Assembly: GCA_031396695.1 (NCBI GenBank)
Contig: JANNLG010000091.1
Span: forward strand, 3,632-67,631
DNA length: 64,000 nucleotides
Direction: 5' to 3'
From: Deltaproteobacteria bacterium
Lineage (GTDB): Bacteria > Myxococcota_A > UBA9160 > SZUA-336
Part shown: positions 1 through 8,420 of the stretch, in pieces
Numbering within the stretch: position 1 is the stretch's first letter
Layout: every line of letters begins with the position of its first letter
The notes under the pieces: generated by a model
The model's input: the letters and a program-made list of their open reading frames with translations, nothing else
Databases searched by the model: none
What the model was told of the DNA's origin: nothing
Program-made: the position numbers and the translations under genes

Positions 1-156
1 GCTTTTTCCTACGGCAGATGAAAATAAACAGGATCTCCGAGACGAAAACCCGGGCGAAAGTGAGCCACTCGATCGACCCGGGTCTCGGTGCGGCGCCGAC
101 TCCGCAAGGTCGATAGATTCCCCGACTCCATCGCTCGAACCGCGGAGGTGGCTCCG

Positions 157-789
157 ATGCGCAAGTCGCTGCTCCTGACCTCGATCGCCCTGCTCGGCGC
201 CCTCGCCGCCCCGAGCGCCCGGGCCGATTCCGATTTCGCCCGTTCCGGTCCTTACATCGGAGTGGGCGCGACCTACGGCTTCAACCTGATCGAGTCCTCG
301 TTCGACGACGTGCTCGACGACGTGCTCTCGGAGGACGTCGAGGTCGACAACACTTGGGGCGCGAACGCCCGGCTCGGCTACCGGGTCCTGTCTTGGCTCG
401 CCGTCGAGGCCCAGTACGAATACCTCGACAACTTCGAGGTGAGCGTGAACGACTTCCGGCTGGCCGATCTGCAGGCGCAGACCCTCTCCGCCAACCTGCG
501 CTTCATCGTGCCGATCCAGCGCTTCCAGCCCTATCTCGTGCTCGGTGCGGGCGCGACCCTGTTCGATCTCGACGACAACCAGGTGCCTGGCCTGGAGGTC
601 GACCACTCGAGCTTCTCGGGTCGGATCGGCCTGGGCTTCGACGTGTACCTGACCCGGCACATCGTGCTCGGGATCGGTGCCGACGCCGTGCTCTCGACCG
701 CCGAGGTCGAGGACGAATTCATCAGCGGCGACTCGAGTGGGAGCCTGAGCTACATCGCGCTAAACGCGGGACTCGCGTATCGCTTCTAG
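157..789 (+). CDS. Outer-membrane beta-barrel protein (OmpA-like/porin-type OMP)
   Basis: Internal ATG at 157 preceded by GGAGG (144-148). Signal peptide MRKSLLLTSIALLGALAAPSARA. Alternating amphipathic strands with Gly/Tyr-rich turns. Typical C-terminal ...GLAYRF. I trimmed the 88..789 ORF to the RBS-supported start. Confidence 0.8.
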   Translation: MRKSLLLTSIALLGALAAPSARADSDFARSGPYIGVGATYGFNLIESSFDDVLDDVLSEDVEVDNTWGANARLGYRVLSWLAVEAQYEYLDNFEVSVNDFRLADLQAQTLSANLRFIVPIQRFQPYLVLGAGATLFDLDDNQVPGLEVDHSSFSGRIGLGFDVYLTRHIVLGIGADAVLSTAEVEDEFISGDSSGSLSYIALNAGLAYRF

Positions 790-2186
790 ACCGTCTGGCT
801 GAACAGCGGGCGCTCCCCCGCGCGCTGCCCTGGCAGGTAGGCGTCGAACACCATCGCCACGTTGCGCAGAACCAGCCGGCCGAGTGGCGTCACGCGCAAG
901 CTGCCGTCGGAGTCGAGCACGACCAGTCCGTCGGCAGCGAGCGGCTCGAGCGCGCGCCGCTCCGCGGCGAAGCGCGTGGCGAAGTCGCAGCCGTTGCGCG
1001 CGCGCCAATCACCCGCGCGCAGCTCGCCGTGACACATGATCTCGCCGATCACCCAGCGTCGCTCGAGGTCGTCGCGCGACAGCCGGTGGCCGCGCAACGT
1101 CGCGAGCCGCTCGCCGGCGATCGCCTCGTGCCAGGCATCGAGCTCGCGGACCGACTGGGCGTAGCTGGCCGACAGCTCGCTGATCGCGCTCGGTCCGAAG
1201 CCGATCAGCTCGACACCCGCGCGTGTCGTGTAACCCATGAAGTTGCGCCGCAGCGTGCGCTCGTGCAGAGCGCGCACTAGCTCGTCGTCGGGGCGCGCGA
1301 AGTGATCCATGCCGATGGACACGTAGCCGGCCCCGAGCAGGCGCTGGATCGCCGCGAGCTGAATGCGCAGGCGCAGCGCCGGCTCGGGCAGGTCGCCGCG
1401 TTCGAAGCCGCGCTGCTGCTTCGCGACCCAGGTGACGTGCGCGTAGGCGTACAGCGCGATGCGGTCGGGCGCGATCGCGAGCACCTCGTCGAGCGTGTGC
1501 TCGGTCGACTCGAGGGTCTGGAACGGCAGGCCGTAGATCAGGTCGAGGTTCACGCTCTCGAAGCCGCTCGCCCGCGCGCGCTCGACCAGCCGCCCGGTCA
1601 GCGCGGGGCTCTGCTCGCGGTGGATTGCCGCCTGTACGCGCGGCGCGAAGTCCTGGACGCCGAGCGAGATGCGGTTGAAGCCGCACGCTCGCAGCGCATC
1701 GACGTGCGCGTCGCTGGTCACGCGCGGATCGACCTCGAGCGAGATCTCTGCCCCGGGCCGCGCGGGAAACGCGGCGTTCACGGCTCGGAACAGGCGCGTC
1801 AGCTGCGCGGGTTCGAGGTGTGTCGGCGTGCCGCCGCCCCAGTGCTGCTGCACGACCGTGCGCTCGCCGGGCAGCGCCTCGCGCACGATCTCTATCTCGC
1901 GTTCGAGCGCGTCGAGGTAACGGGCAGGCGGCTCCGTCTTGCGCGTGATCACCCGGTTGCACGCGCAGAAATGACAGAGGCTGCGACAGAACGGGACGTG
2001 CACGTAGACCGACAACTCGTCGCCTGCAGGAATCGCCGCGAGATCGCGGCGGAAGTCTTCGGCGCCGTACGCCTCCGACCAGACCGGCGCCGTCGGATAG
2101 CTGGTGTAGCGCGGCCCGCTGCCGGCGTAGCGCAGCAGGATGGCTTCCACTCGCTCCGGGTCGAGCGCGACGGGCGAGAGCGTCAA
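786..2186 (-). CDS. hemN: Oxygen-independent coproporphyrinogen III oxidase (radical SAM)
   Basis: 466 aa. Radical-SAM CxxxCxxC motif (CRSLCHFCAC), N-terminal GPRYTSYPTAP, and HemN-like length and C-terminal domain. TTG start with AAGGAG upstream. Confidence 0.9.
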   Translation of the reverse strand: MTLSPVALDPERVEAILLRYAGSGPRYTSYPTAPVWSEAYGAEDFRRDLAAIPAGDELSVYVHVPFCRSLCHFCACNRVITRKTEPPARYLDALEREIEIVREALPGERTVVQQHWGGGTPTHLEPAQLTRLFRAVNAAFPARPGAEISLEVDPRVTSDAHVDALRACGFNRISLGVQDFAPRVQAAIHREQSPALTGRLVERARASGFESVNLDLIYGLPFQTLESTEHTLDEVLAIAPDRIALYAYAHVTWVAKQQRGFERGDLPEPALRLRIQLAAIQRLLGAGYVSIGMDHFARPDDELVRALHERTLRRNFMGYTTRAGVELIGFGPSAISELSASYAQSVRELDAWHEAIAGERLATLRGHRLSRDDLERRWVIGEIMCHGELRAGDWRARNGCDFATRFAAERRALEPLAADGLVVLDSDGSLRVTPLGRLVLRNVAMVFDAYLPGQRAGERPLFSQTV

Positions 2187-2201
2187 GCGCGAGCGGCTCC
2201 T

Positions 2202-3818
2202 TTACCGACCTACGTAGACGTTCTTCGCATCGGGCGCAAAGCGCTCGAGCAGGAATCTCTCCTGCGGCTTCTCCGATGCGGTCTTTGGAATCTCGTCCAC
2301 GACCTGAAGATAAGTCGGCACGAAGTTCGCCTCGAGGCCGGCGCGGCAGGCCGCGAAGATCGCCGCGGGGACGAACGCGGTGCCCGGCTGCGGGACGACC
2401 GCGGCAACTACGTCCTTCTCGCCGGGTGATCCCGACGCGGCGGGCACGCCGTACACGAAAACGTCCGAGACACTCGGCTGCTCCGCAATCAGCTTCTCGA
2501 CGAAGCCGGCGTTCACGAAGTCGCCGTTGTGGCGGATGCCGCCGCCCTTTCGGTGCGAGAAGAACAGCCAGCCGTGCTCGTCTCGCCAGCCCATGTCGCC
2601 GCTGCGCAGCCAGCCGCCGCGCGTCTTCTGCGCCGAAGCCTCCGCGTTCTCGAAGTACTCCACCTCGGCCGAGCCGCCGCTGGCTGGACGCGAGCAGATC
2701 TCGCCGATCTCGCCGTGCGCGCACTCGCGGTCGTTCGCGTCGAGCACCCGCATGTCGAGCCCCGGCGCTGGCTTGCCGAACGAGCCGATCGGCCCCTGCC
2801 CGATCGGCTTGTACGCAAGTCCGCCCTCGACGGCGCCGTACCACTCGAAGATCTTCACGTTGAAGCGCTTTTCGAACTCCGCCCAGATCGCGGCGGGCAT
2901 GCCCGCGCTGATCACCATGCGCACGGGGTTGTCGGCATCGTTGGCTCGGACACGCTCGCTGTAGATGGCCGTCGACATGCCGCCGAGCAGCGAGAACGTC
3001 GTGCAGCCGTGCAGACGGCACACGTCCCACAACTTCGACTTCGTGAACTTGCGGCTGAACACCGCGCGCAGTCCCATCCCCAGCGACGGACCCAGCGTGA
3101 CGGCTTGAGCGTTTCCGTGCGTGAGTGAGAGCCCCGTGTAGGGCCGGTCACTCGGCTGGTAGCCGAGCAACGACCCGAGCATGGCGAAGCCACCGAAGCG
3201 CGCATTGGGGAATACGACGCCCTTCGGATCTCCCGTGGTGCCGGAGGTGTAGATGATCTGCAGCGCATCGTTCCCGCTCTCCAGGCACGAGTCGACGGTC
3301 GGCACCGGCTTCGACAGCACTTCTCGCAACGACTCGACGCCCCGTACCGACGACAGCGGCAGTGCATCGTCGCCCTCGCGCGTATCGAGCGCGAGGATCC
3401 ATTCGAGCGCGGGCAGCGAGCCGCGCACAATCTCGAGAGAGCCGAGACAGTAGTCGGCGCAGACGATGCCCTTGCAGCCCGCCTTGCCCAGGAAGAAAGC
3501 GAGTTTCTCCCCGCGCGTGCGCGGGTCGATCGGTACGAAGACGGTGCCGGTGATCGAGGCCGCGATCATCGCCTCCACGTACTCCGGGTGGTTGCGCATC
3601 ATCAGTCCGAAGCGGTCGCCGCGGCGAAGGCCCCGCGCGAGGAGCGCCGCCGCGATCTGGTTCGCGTGCGTCGCCAGTTCCGCGTAGCTGCGCACCTCGT
3701 CCGGCGTACGACCGTCGTCGAGCGAGAGATGCTCGAACGTCAGCACGTCGAGGTCGGGCTTCTCCTCGGCGCGGATCCGGACCAAGTCACCGAGAATCAG
3801 AGGACTGCGCTCGCGCAT
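2202..3818 (-). CDS. AMP-dependent acyl-CoA synthetase/ligase (FadD-like)
   Basis: 538 aa. AMP-binding signature IYTSGTTGDPKGV, plus a GWLRSGD-type motif and a C-terminal PKTASEK-type lysine loop. Confidence 0.9.
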   Translation of the reverse strand: MRERSPLILGDLVRIRAEEKPDLDVLTFEHLSLDDGRTPDEVRSYAELATHANQIAAALLARGLRRGDRFGLMMRNHPEYVEAMIAASITGTVFVPIDPRTRGEKLAFFLGKAGCKGIVCADYCLGSLEIVRGSLPALEWILALDTREGDDALPLSSVRGVESLREVLSKPVPTVDSCLESGNDALQIIYTSGTTGDPKGVVFPNARFGGFAMLGSLLGYQPSDRPYTGLSLTHGNAQAVTLGPSLGMGLRAVFSRKFTKSKLWDVCRLHGCTTFSLLGGMSTAIYSERVRANDADNPVRMVISAGMPAAIWAEFEKRFNVKIFEWYGAVEGGLAYKPIGQGPIGSFGKPAPGLDMRVLDANDRECAHGEIGEICSRPASGGSAEVEYFENAEASAQKTRGGWLRSGDMGWRDEHGWLFFSHRKGGGIRHNGDFVNAGFVEKLIAEQPSVSDVFVYGVPAASGSPGEKDVVAAVVPQPGTAFVPAAIFAACRAGLEANFVPTYLQVVDEIPKTASEKPQERFLLERFAPDAKNVYVGR

Positions 3819-3833
3819 GCTGGGTCCCTTCCT

Positions 3834-5066
3834 TCAGACCTCGAGAATCGTCACGCACATCGCCGCCGCGTCGCTGCCGACGTTGCCGCCGCCGTTGTGC
3901 GCCAGGCCGACACGTGCGCCGTCGACCTGGCGCGAGCTCGAGCGGCCCTGAAGCTGCTCGGTGAGCTCGACGATCTGCGCGAGGCCGGTCGCGCCGACCG
4001 GATGTCCCTTGCGCAGGAGCCCGCCCGAGGTGTTCACGGGAATGCGCCCGCCCAGGCGCGTCGCCCCTTCGTCCAGCAGCTTCCCGCCATCGCCCTTCGC
4101 GCACAGGCCGAGTGACTCGTAGGCCAGTATCTCGGCCGGCGCCGAGGCGTCGTGACACTCGATCACGCTGAGCTCGCCGGGGCCGATGCCCGCCTCCTCG
4201 TACGCCTCGCGGGACGTGAGCTCGACGGTGCCGGGTTCGTCGACGCCGTGGTCCCAGCCCGAGCGAAGCACGGACGAAACGATGCGGACGGGCTTGCGGA
4301 TGCCGAGCTCGCGCGCCTTTCGCTCGCTCACGATCACCGCCGCGGCCGCGCCGTCGCCGATCGGCGAGCACATCGGCCGCGTCAGGGGCTCTGCGATCAT
4401 CGGCGCCGCGAGCACGTCCTCGACGCTGAGCACGTCGCGGAACTGCGCGCGCGGGTTCTGGCTACCGTGCCGCGAGTTCTTGGCCGCGACCTCCGCGAAC
4501 TGCTGCACGGTCGTGCCGTAGCGCCGCATGTGCGCGCGCGCCGCGGCCGCATAGATGTCCATGAACATCGAGCGGCTCTCGCCCGAGCCGCTCGAGGCGC
4601 TCTTCGCGCCTGTGTCGGCGGCGCTCTGCTGCAGCGACGCGAGGATCGCCTGCAGCGCCTCGACATCGACCGCGCCGCTGAAGGCGGCGAAGCTCTTCCG
4701 CTTGTCGGCGTGGTAGAGCTTCTCGACTCCGAGCGCGAGCACCACGTCGTAGAGCCCCGCACTCACCATCGCCGCAGCCTGCTGCAACGCCGTCGACGCG
4801 CTCGCGCAGGCGTTCTCGACGTTCACCACAGGAATCCTGCCGATTCCGATCGAGCGCAGGATCACCTGGCCGCGGATCGACTCCTGGCCAGTGATCAAGC
4901 CGGCCGCGGCGTTGCCGACCCACGCCGCCTGCAGGTCCTTGGCCTCGATCCCGGCATCCGCGAGCGCGCCCTTCACGGCGCCGGCGCCGAGCGCCTTCAG
5001 CCCCAGGTCCAGGTGCTTGCCGAAGTTCGTCATGCCGACGCCTGCGACCACTGCCTTCATTCGCAT
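3834..5066 (-). CDS. Thiolase-family protein (SCP2/nsLTP-type acetyl-CoA C-acyltransferase)
   Basis: 410 aa. Catalytic Cys context VNVENACASASTAL and C-terminal NGGGN...AAMCVTILE. GGGAGGG RBS 6 nt before the ATG at 5066. Confidence 0.85.
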   Translation of the reverse strand: MRMKAVVAGVGMTNFGKHLDLGLKALGAGAVKGALADAGIEAKDLQAAWVGNAAAGLITGQESIRGQVILRSIGIGRIPVVNVENACASASTALQQAAAMVSAGLYDVVLALGVEKLYHADKRKSFAAFSGAVDVEALQAILASLQQSAADTGAKSASSGSGESRSMFMDIYAAAARAHMRRYGTTVQQFAEVAAKNSRHGSQNPRAQFRDVLSVEDVLAAPMIAEPLTRPMCSPIGDGAAAAVIVSERKARELGIRKPVRIVSSVLRSGWDHGVDEPGTVELTSREAYEEAGIGPGELSVIECHDASAPAEILAYESLGLCAKGDGGKLLDEGATRLGGRIPVNTSGGLLRKGHPVGATGLAQIVELTEQLQGRSSSRQVDGARVGLAHNGGGNVGSDAAAMCVTILEV

Positions 5067-5088
5067 CGGAGTCCCTCCCGGTGGGCGG

Positions 5089-5877
5089 TCACAACAGGCC
5101 GTGACCCTTGATCTCGAGCGCCTTCTGCAGGAAGTCGAGCTCCGCCTCTCGGTAAGGAAGCGGCGCCGTGGCCTGGAGCAGCCGATCGCGCTCGAGCTCC
5201 TCGACGACCTTCGCGTCGCGCGGAAACGCGCTGCCGTAGCGGTTCATGTGGAACAGGTCGCCGAACGGACGGCGCGGCCGCTGCCCGCCCGCGCGCGGAT
5301 CCTCGAGCGGGTAGCCGACCGTCTGCAGCAGCAGCACGCGGCAGGTCTCGGGCATGCCGAGCGAGGCGCGGATCTTGTCGCCGTTCGGTGTACCCAGGCA
5401 ACAGGTGCCGAGCCCCTGCTCGTACGCCATCAGCGTGGCCTGCGCGATGCCCTGGCCGCAGTCGACCTCCGTGAGGCCGGGCTCCTTCAGCTTGTCGCGC
5501 AAGCTCGCGAACACGGGGATGAGCTGGGTCTCGAGCGCCTGCTCCTTGCCCGCGCCGAAGCCGAGCGCGCCGGCCTTGAGCAGCTCGCGCAAGCGGTTCG
5601 CCTGGTCGTCGATCGCGTCGGTGTCCAGGTACCAGACGATCACGACCGGCGCGCGCCGGATCTGGAAGCCCGCGATCGGAGCGACGATCGCGTCGACCAC
5701 GTCCTTCGGCGCGGTGTCGCGAAACACGACCACCGCGCGCAGCGCGCTCACGTTGCCCCAGTGCGAGGCGAGCCGCGCCGCTTCGAGCATGCGCTGGATC
5801 TTCTCCGGCTCGACCGGCTGATACGGCCGCATGAAACGGATCGAGCGCCGATTGCCGATGACCTCGCGAAGCTCCAT
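5089..5877 (-). CDS. Nitroreductase-family protein (paralog of 18543..19325)
   Basis: 262 aa. N-terminal NRRSIRFM motif typical of FMN nitroreductases. Shares a roughly 60-aa C-terminal extension (GGQRPRxPF...RDAKVV.ELE...APLP) with the second copy. Confidence 0.85.
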   Translation of the reverse strand: MELREVIGNRRSIRFMRPYQPVEPEKIQRMLEAARLASHWGNVSALRAVVVFRDTAPKDVVDAIVAPIAGFQIRRAPVVIVWYLDTDAIDDQANRLRELLKAGALGFGAGKEQALETQLIPVFASLRDKLKEPGLTEVDCGQGIAQATLMAYEQGLGTCCLGTPNGDKIRASLGMPETCRVLLLQTVGYPLEDPRAGGQRPRRPFGDLFHMNRYGSAFPRDAKVVEELERDRLLQATAPLPYREAELDFLQKALEIKGHGLL

Positions 5878-5913
5878 GACATTTCCTCCTTGCTCTCGTC
5901 TCGAGCGCTCGTC

Positions 5914-7119
5914 CTAGAGGCGGGTCGCGCCGACCAGCCCCAGTACCTCGTTGCAGCCGTCCTCGATCATCGATGCGCGCGCGTCGCGCACCAGCTTCTC
6001 GATCGGGTATTCGCGCGTCAGGCCGTTGCCGCCGAAGATCTGCAGCGCCTCGCTCGAGACCTCGAAGGCGGTCTGCGTGACGAAGGTCTTCGAGGCGATC
6101 GAGTAGTGCAGCAGCGGCGGGTTCGTGGCGTTGTAGAGCGCCACGCGCCGCGCCAGCGCGCGCGCGGCTTCGACGCGCGCGAACATCTTGAACAGCCGCG
6201 AGCGCACGCTCTGGTGCTGAAAAATCGGCACGCCGCCCTGCACGCGCTCCTTCGCATAGGAGACCGCGAGCTCGAGCGCCGCCTGCGCAACGCCCACGAA
6301 GATCGCGCCCATCGACGCATTGGCCATCGTGAGCACCATCTCCACGACGGCGCCGTAGGCCTCCGAGCCGACGATCATGTACTCCTCGGGAATCCGTACG
6401 TCGTCGAAGAAGATCTCGCCCTGATTCAGCGCGCGCTGGCCGATCTTGTCGAGCGGCTTGCCCCGCGACACACCCGGCAGATCGAGCGGTACGAGACATA
6501 CGCCGCCACCGTGGAAGCCGTGGCTCGGGTCGATGGTGCAGAACAGCGTCGCAACAGTGGCGATCGTGCCGTTCGAGACCCAAGCGGCCTTCTGGCCGCG
6601 GATCACCCACTCCTTCCCGTCCTTGCGCGCGACACAGTTCGGTTTCAGGTTGGGATCGCGGAAGTGCGGCTCACTGATCGCCAGCGAATCGCTTCCGTGG
6701 TCCGGCTCCGTGACGGCCCAGCAGCCGATCTCGTGCGCGGACTCGTCGCAGAAACGCTCGACCAGCGCGGGCCGCCCGGACATGCGCGCGAAGATCCGGT
6801 GGAAGCTCGCGACCCCGAGACTGATCGCCAGGCCCGAGTCGCCGCGGCCCATCTCCTCGCTCACCAGGCAGCGCACACGTGCCGCGTCGCCCGGAGCGAG
6901 GTCGCTGCCGCTCGATTCGAGCTGATCGAGTCCGAGCTCGCGCGACTTCTCGAACACGCGCCACAGCGTCGACTCGGGCGCGATCACCTGTGCCGGATCG
7001 GACAAGCGATCGAGCGCGATCCCGGCCGGCCGCAGCACCTCGTCGGCGAATTTTCGCGCGGTGTCGCGGATCGCCTTCTGCTCGTCGCTGAGTCCGACCT
7101 CGATGTCCGTGATCGCCAT
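5914..7119 (-). CDS. Acyl-CoA dehydrogenase
   Basis: ACAD fold motifs (CWAVTEPDHGSD, QIFGGNG..EYPIEK..RDA). Start moved to the internal ATG at 7119 (MAITDIEV...), which has a GGGAGG RBS 6 nt upstream. 401 aa. Confidence 0.9.
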   Translation of the reverse strand: MAITDIEVGLSDEQKAIRDTARKFADEVLRPAGIALDRLSDPAQVIAPESTLWRVFEKSRELGLDQLESSGSDLAPGDAARVRCLVSEEMGRGDSGLAISLGVASFHRIFARMSGRPALVERFCDESAHEIGCWAVTEPDHGSDSLAISEPHFRDPNLKPNCVARKDGKEWVIRGQKAAWVSNGTIATVATLFCTIDPSHGFHGGGVCLVPLDLPGVSRGKPLDKIGQRALNQGEIFFDDVRIPEEYMIVGSEAYGAVVEMVLTMANASMGAIFVGVAQAALELAVSYAKERVQGGVPIFQHQSVRSRLFKMFARVEAARALARRVALYNATNPPLLHYSIASKTFVTQTAFEVSSEALQIFGGNGLTREYPIEKLVRDARASMIEDGCNEVLGLVGATRL

Positions 7120-7177
7120 GACCGGCCTCCCAGTTCGGATCGATGACCGCAACGTACGGACCCACGCGATGCGCCGG

Positions 7178-7193
7178 TATGACCGGCGTCATA
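7178..7193. promoter_or_regulatory. Perfect palindrome TATGAC-CGGC-GTCATA, candidate Crp/Fnr-family operator (copy 1 of 5)
   Basis: Read directly. Centre is 66.5 bp upstream of the ACAD ATG (7119). A TACGTT (TAnnnT) hexamer lies 21 nt downstream of the site on the minus strand, the geometry of a class II (-41.5) activator site. The site overlaps the stop codon of the Crp/Fnr gene. Confidence 0.7.
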
Positions 7194-7878
7194 TGGACCG
7201 CGAATCGCTCGCGGACTCTCCGTTCGCGACCTGCTCGAGCGCTACGCGATCGAGCAGGCGGATCCAGCCCACTCCGCCCTCGATCCAGCCCGCGCGCTCG
7301 AAGCCGCGCAGCACGCGGATGGCCGTCTCGACGGTCGTGCCGGCCGCTTCACCCAGGATCCGGCGCTTCGTCACGAGCCGCTGTCCCTCCGGTGCTTCGA
7401 GCAGCACTCGCGCCATGCGCGCGGTGACGGTGTCACTCGCGAACGAGCACAGCCGGTCGTGCGCATGCTGCAGACGCTCCGCCACGATCGAGAGCAGACC
7501 TCGGGCGATGCCGGGATCCTCCGCCAGGAACGTCTGCACCACGCGACGCGGTACCCGCCACGCCTCGCCCGGCACGACGCCCTGCGCGGACTCCGCGTGA
7601 CTCGCCCCGGACGTCAGCGCCGCGAGTCCGAACAAGTCACCGATCTGGAGGCGCTCGAGCTCGATCGCCCGTCCCGAAGCGTGGCTCTTCAGCGTGCGCA
7701 GCTCGCCGTTGCCGACGGCGAACATGTACTCCGCCGCCGCCGATTCGAAGTACAGGTACTCGCCCTCGCGGAACGGAATCGAGCGCACGTGAGGTCTGAG
7801 ACGGGGCATCCGCGCCGGTCCGAGCAGCCGGAACAGCGCGGTTTCCTCGAGCGGTCGCGGCTTCGCAGGGGCCTGCAT
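7189..7878 (-). CDS. Crp/Fnr-family transcriptional regulator (no FNR-type Cys cluster)
   Basis: 229 aa. Has a cNMP-binding-like beta-roll plus a C-terminal HTH (GTTVETAIRVLRGFERAGWI) resembling the FNR recognition helix TVETISR. Contains only one Cys. Confidence 0.9.
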   Translation of the reverse strand: MQAPAKPRPLEETALFRLLGPARMPRLRPHVRSIPFREGEYLYFESAAAEYMFAVGNGELRTLKSHASGRAIELERLQIGDLFGLAALTSGASHAESAQGVVPGEAWRVPRRVVQTFLAEDPGIARGLLSIVAERLQHAHDRLCSFASDTVTARMARVLLEAPEGQRLVTKRRILGEAAGTTVETAIRVLRGFERAGWIEGGVGWIRLLDRVALEQVANGESASDSRSI

Positions 7879-7948
7879 CTCAGACTGTCCCCGAGCTGCA
7901 CTGAGGCAGAGCGCCCTGTGCGGGGCAATTCGGCACGGCGACGGGATG

Positions 7949-7964
7949 TATGACCTTCGTCATA
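7949..7964. promoter_or_regulatory. Perfect palindrome TATGAC-CTTC-GTCATA (copy 2 of 5)
   Basis: Lies in the divergent gap between the Crp/Fnr gene (ATG 7878) and the hemerythrin-like gene (ATG 8010). Suggests autoregulation. Confidence 0.7.
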
Positions 7965-8009
7965 GACGCTCCGCCCGCTGATTTTGCATGTTCGGTGCCG
8001 GAGGTAGCG

Positions 8010-8420
8010 ATGTCAGCGCACGCGACGTCGAATCCCATGATCCGCTGGTGGCAGGAGCACAGTGAGCTCGACGGCCTGGTCGAGGTCGTGGTCGAGGCGC
8101 TCGGCGGGGGCGCGATCGACTCCGCGGGCGAGTCGCTCGAGGATCTCGCAAGAGCGCTAGAGGCGCACTTCGAGCTCGAGGAGACAGCCTACTTCCCGCT
8201 GGTCGAGCGCCTCTCGCCCGACCAGCGCGCAGCGGTCGATGCGGCGCGGGTCGGTCACAGAAACATCCGCGAGCGACTCGAGGCTCTACTCACGCTCGTC
8301 GCGACCGGAGACTTGCGCGCCGCACGGGCGGCGTTCGACGTCCTGCTCGAGCGCTTCCGCACCCACGAAGCCGAAGAGGGCAAGTTGATCGCGCGGCTCG
8401 AGGCACTCGCCACCAGCTAG
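8010..8420 (+). CDS. Hemerythrin-like (HHE cation-binding) domain protein
   Basis: 136 aa from the internal ATG at 8010 (GGAGG at 8000-8004). Repeated H/E metal-ligand spacing (EHSELD, HFELEE, GHRNIRE, THEAEE) in a four-helix pattern. Confidence 0.7.
   Translation: MSAHATSNPMIRWWQEHSELDGLVEVVVEALGGGAIDSAGESLEDLARALEAHFELEETAYFPLVERLSPDQRAAVDAARVGHRNIRERLEALLTLVATGDLRAARAAFDVLLERFRTHEAEEGKLIARLEALATS

Noticed and set aside
1009-3030. Very long ORFs on the opposite strand or in alternative frames of real genes. Examples: 1009..3030, 4891..7146, 5057..6610, 9768..11921, 39996..41813, 43866..45839, 46188..48659, 50294..51709, 55897..57372, 57760..60006.
   Set aside because: Their translations are Arg/Ala/Pro/Gly-rich low-complexity strings with no motifs. 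They fully overlap ORFs that have clear family signatures and GC3 bias. These are typical shadow ORFs of GC-rich DNA, where stop codons are rare.
7189-7878. The regulator as a classical oxygen-sensing FNR.
   Set aside because: There is no N-terminal Cys cluster for a [4Fe-4S] centre and only one Cys in the whole protein. I therefore call it only a Crp/Fnr-family member with an unknown effector.
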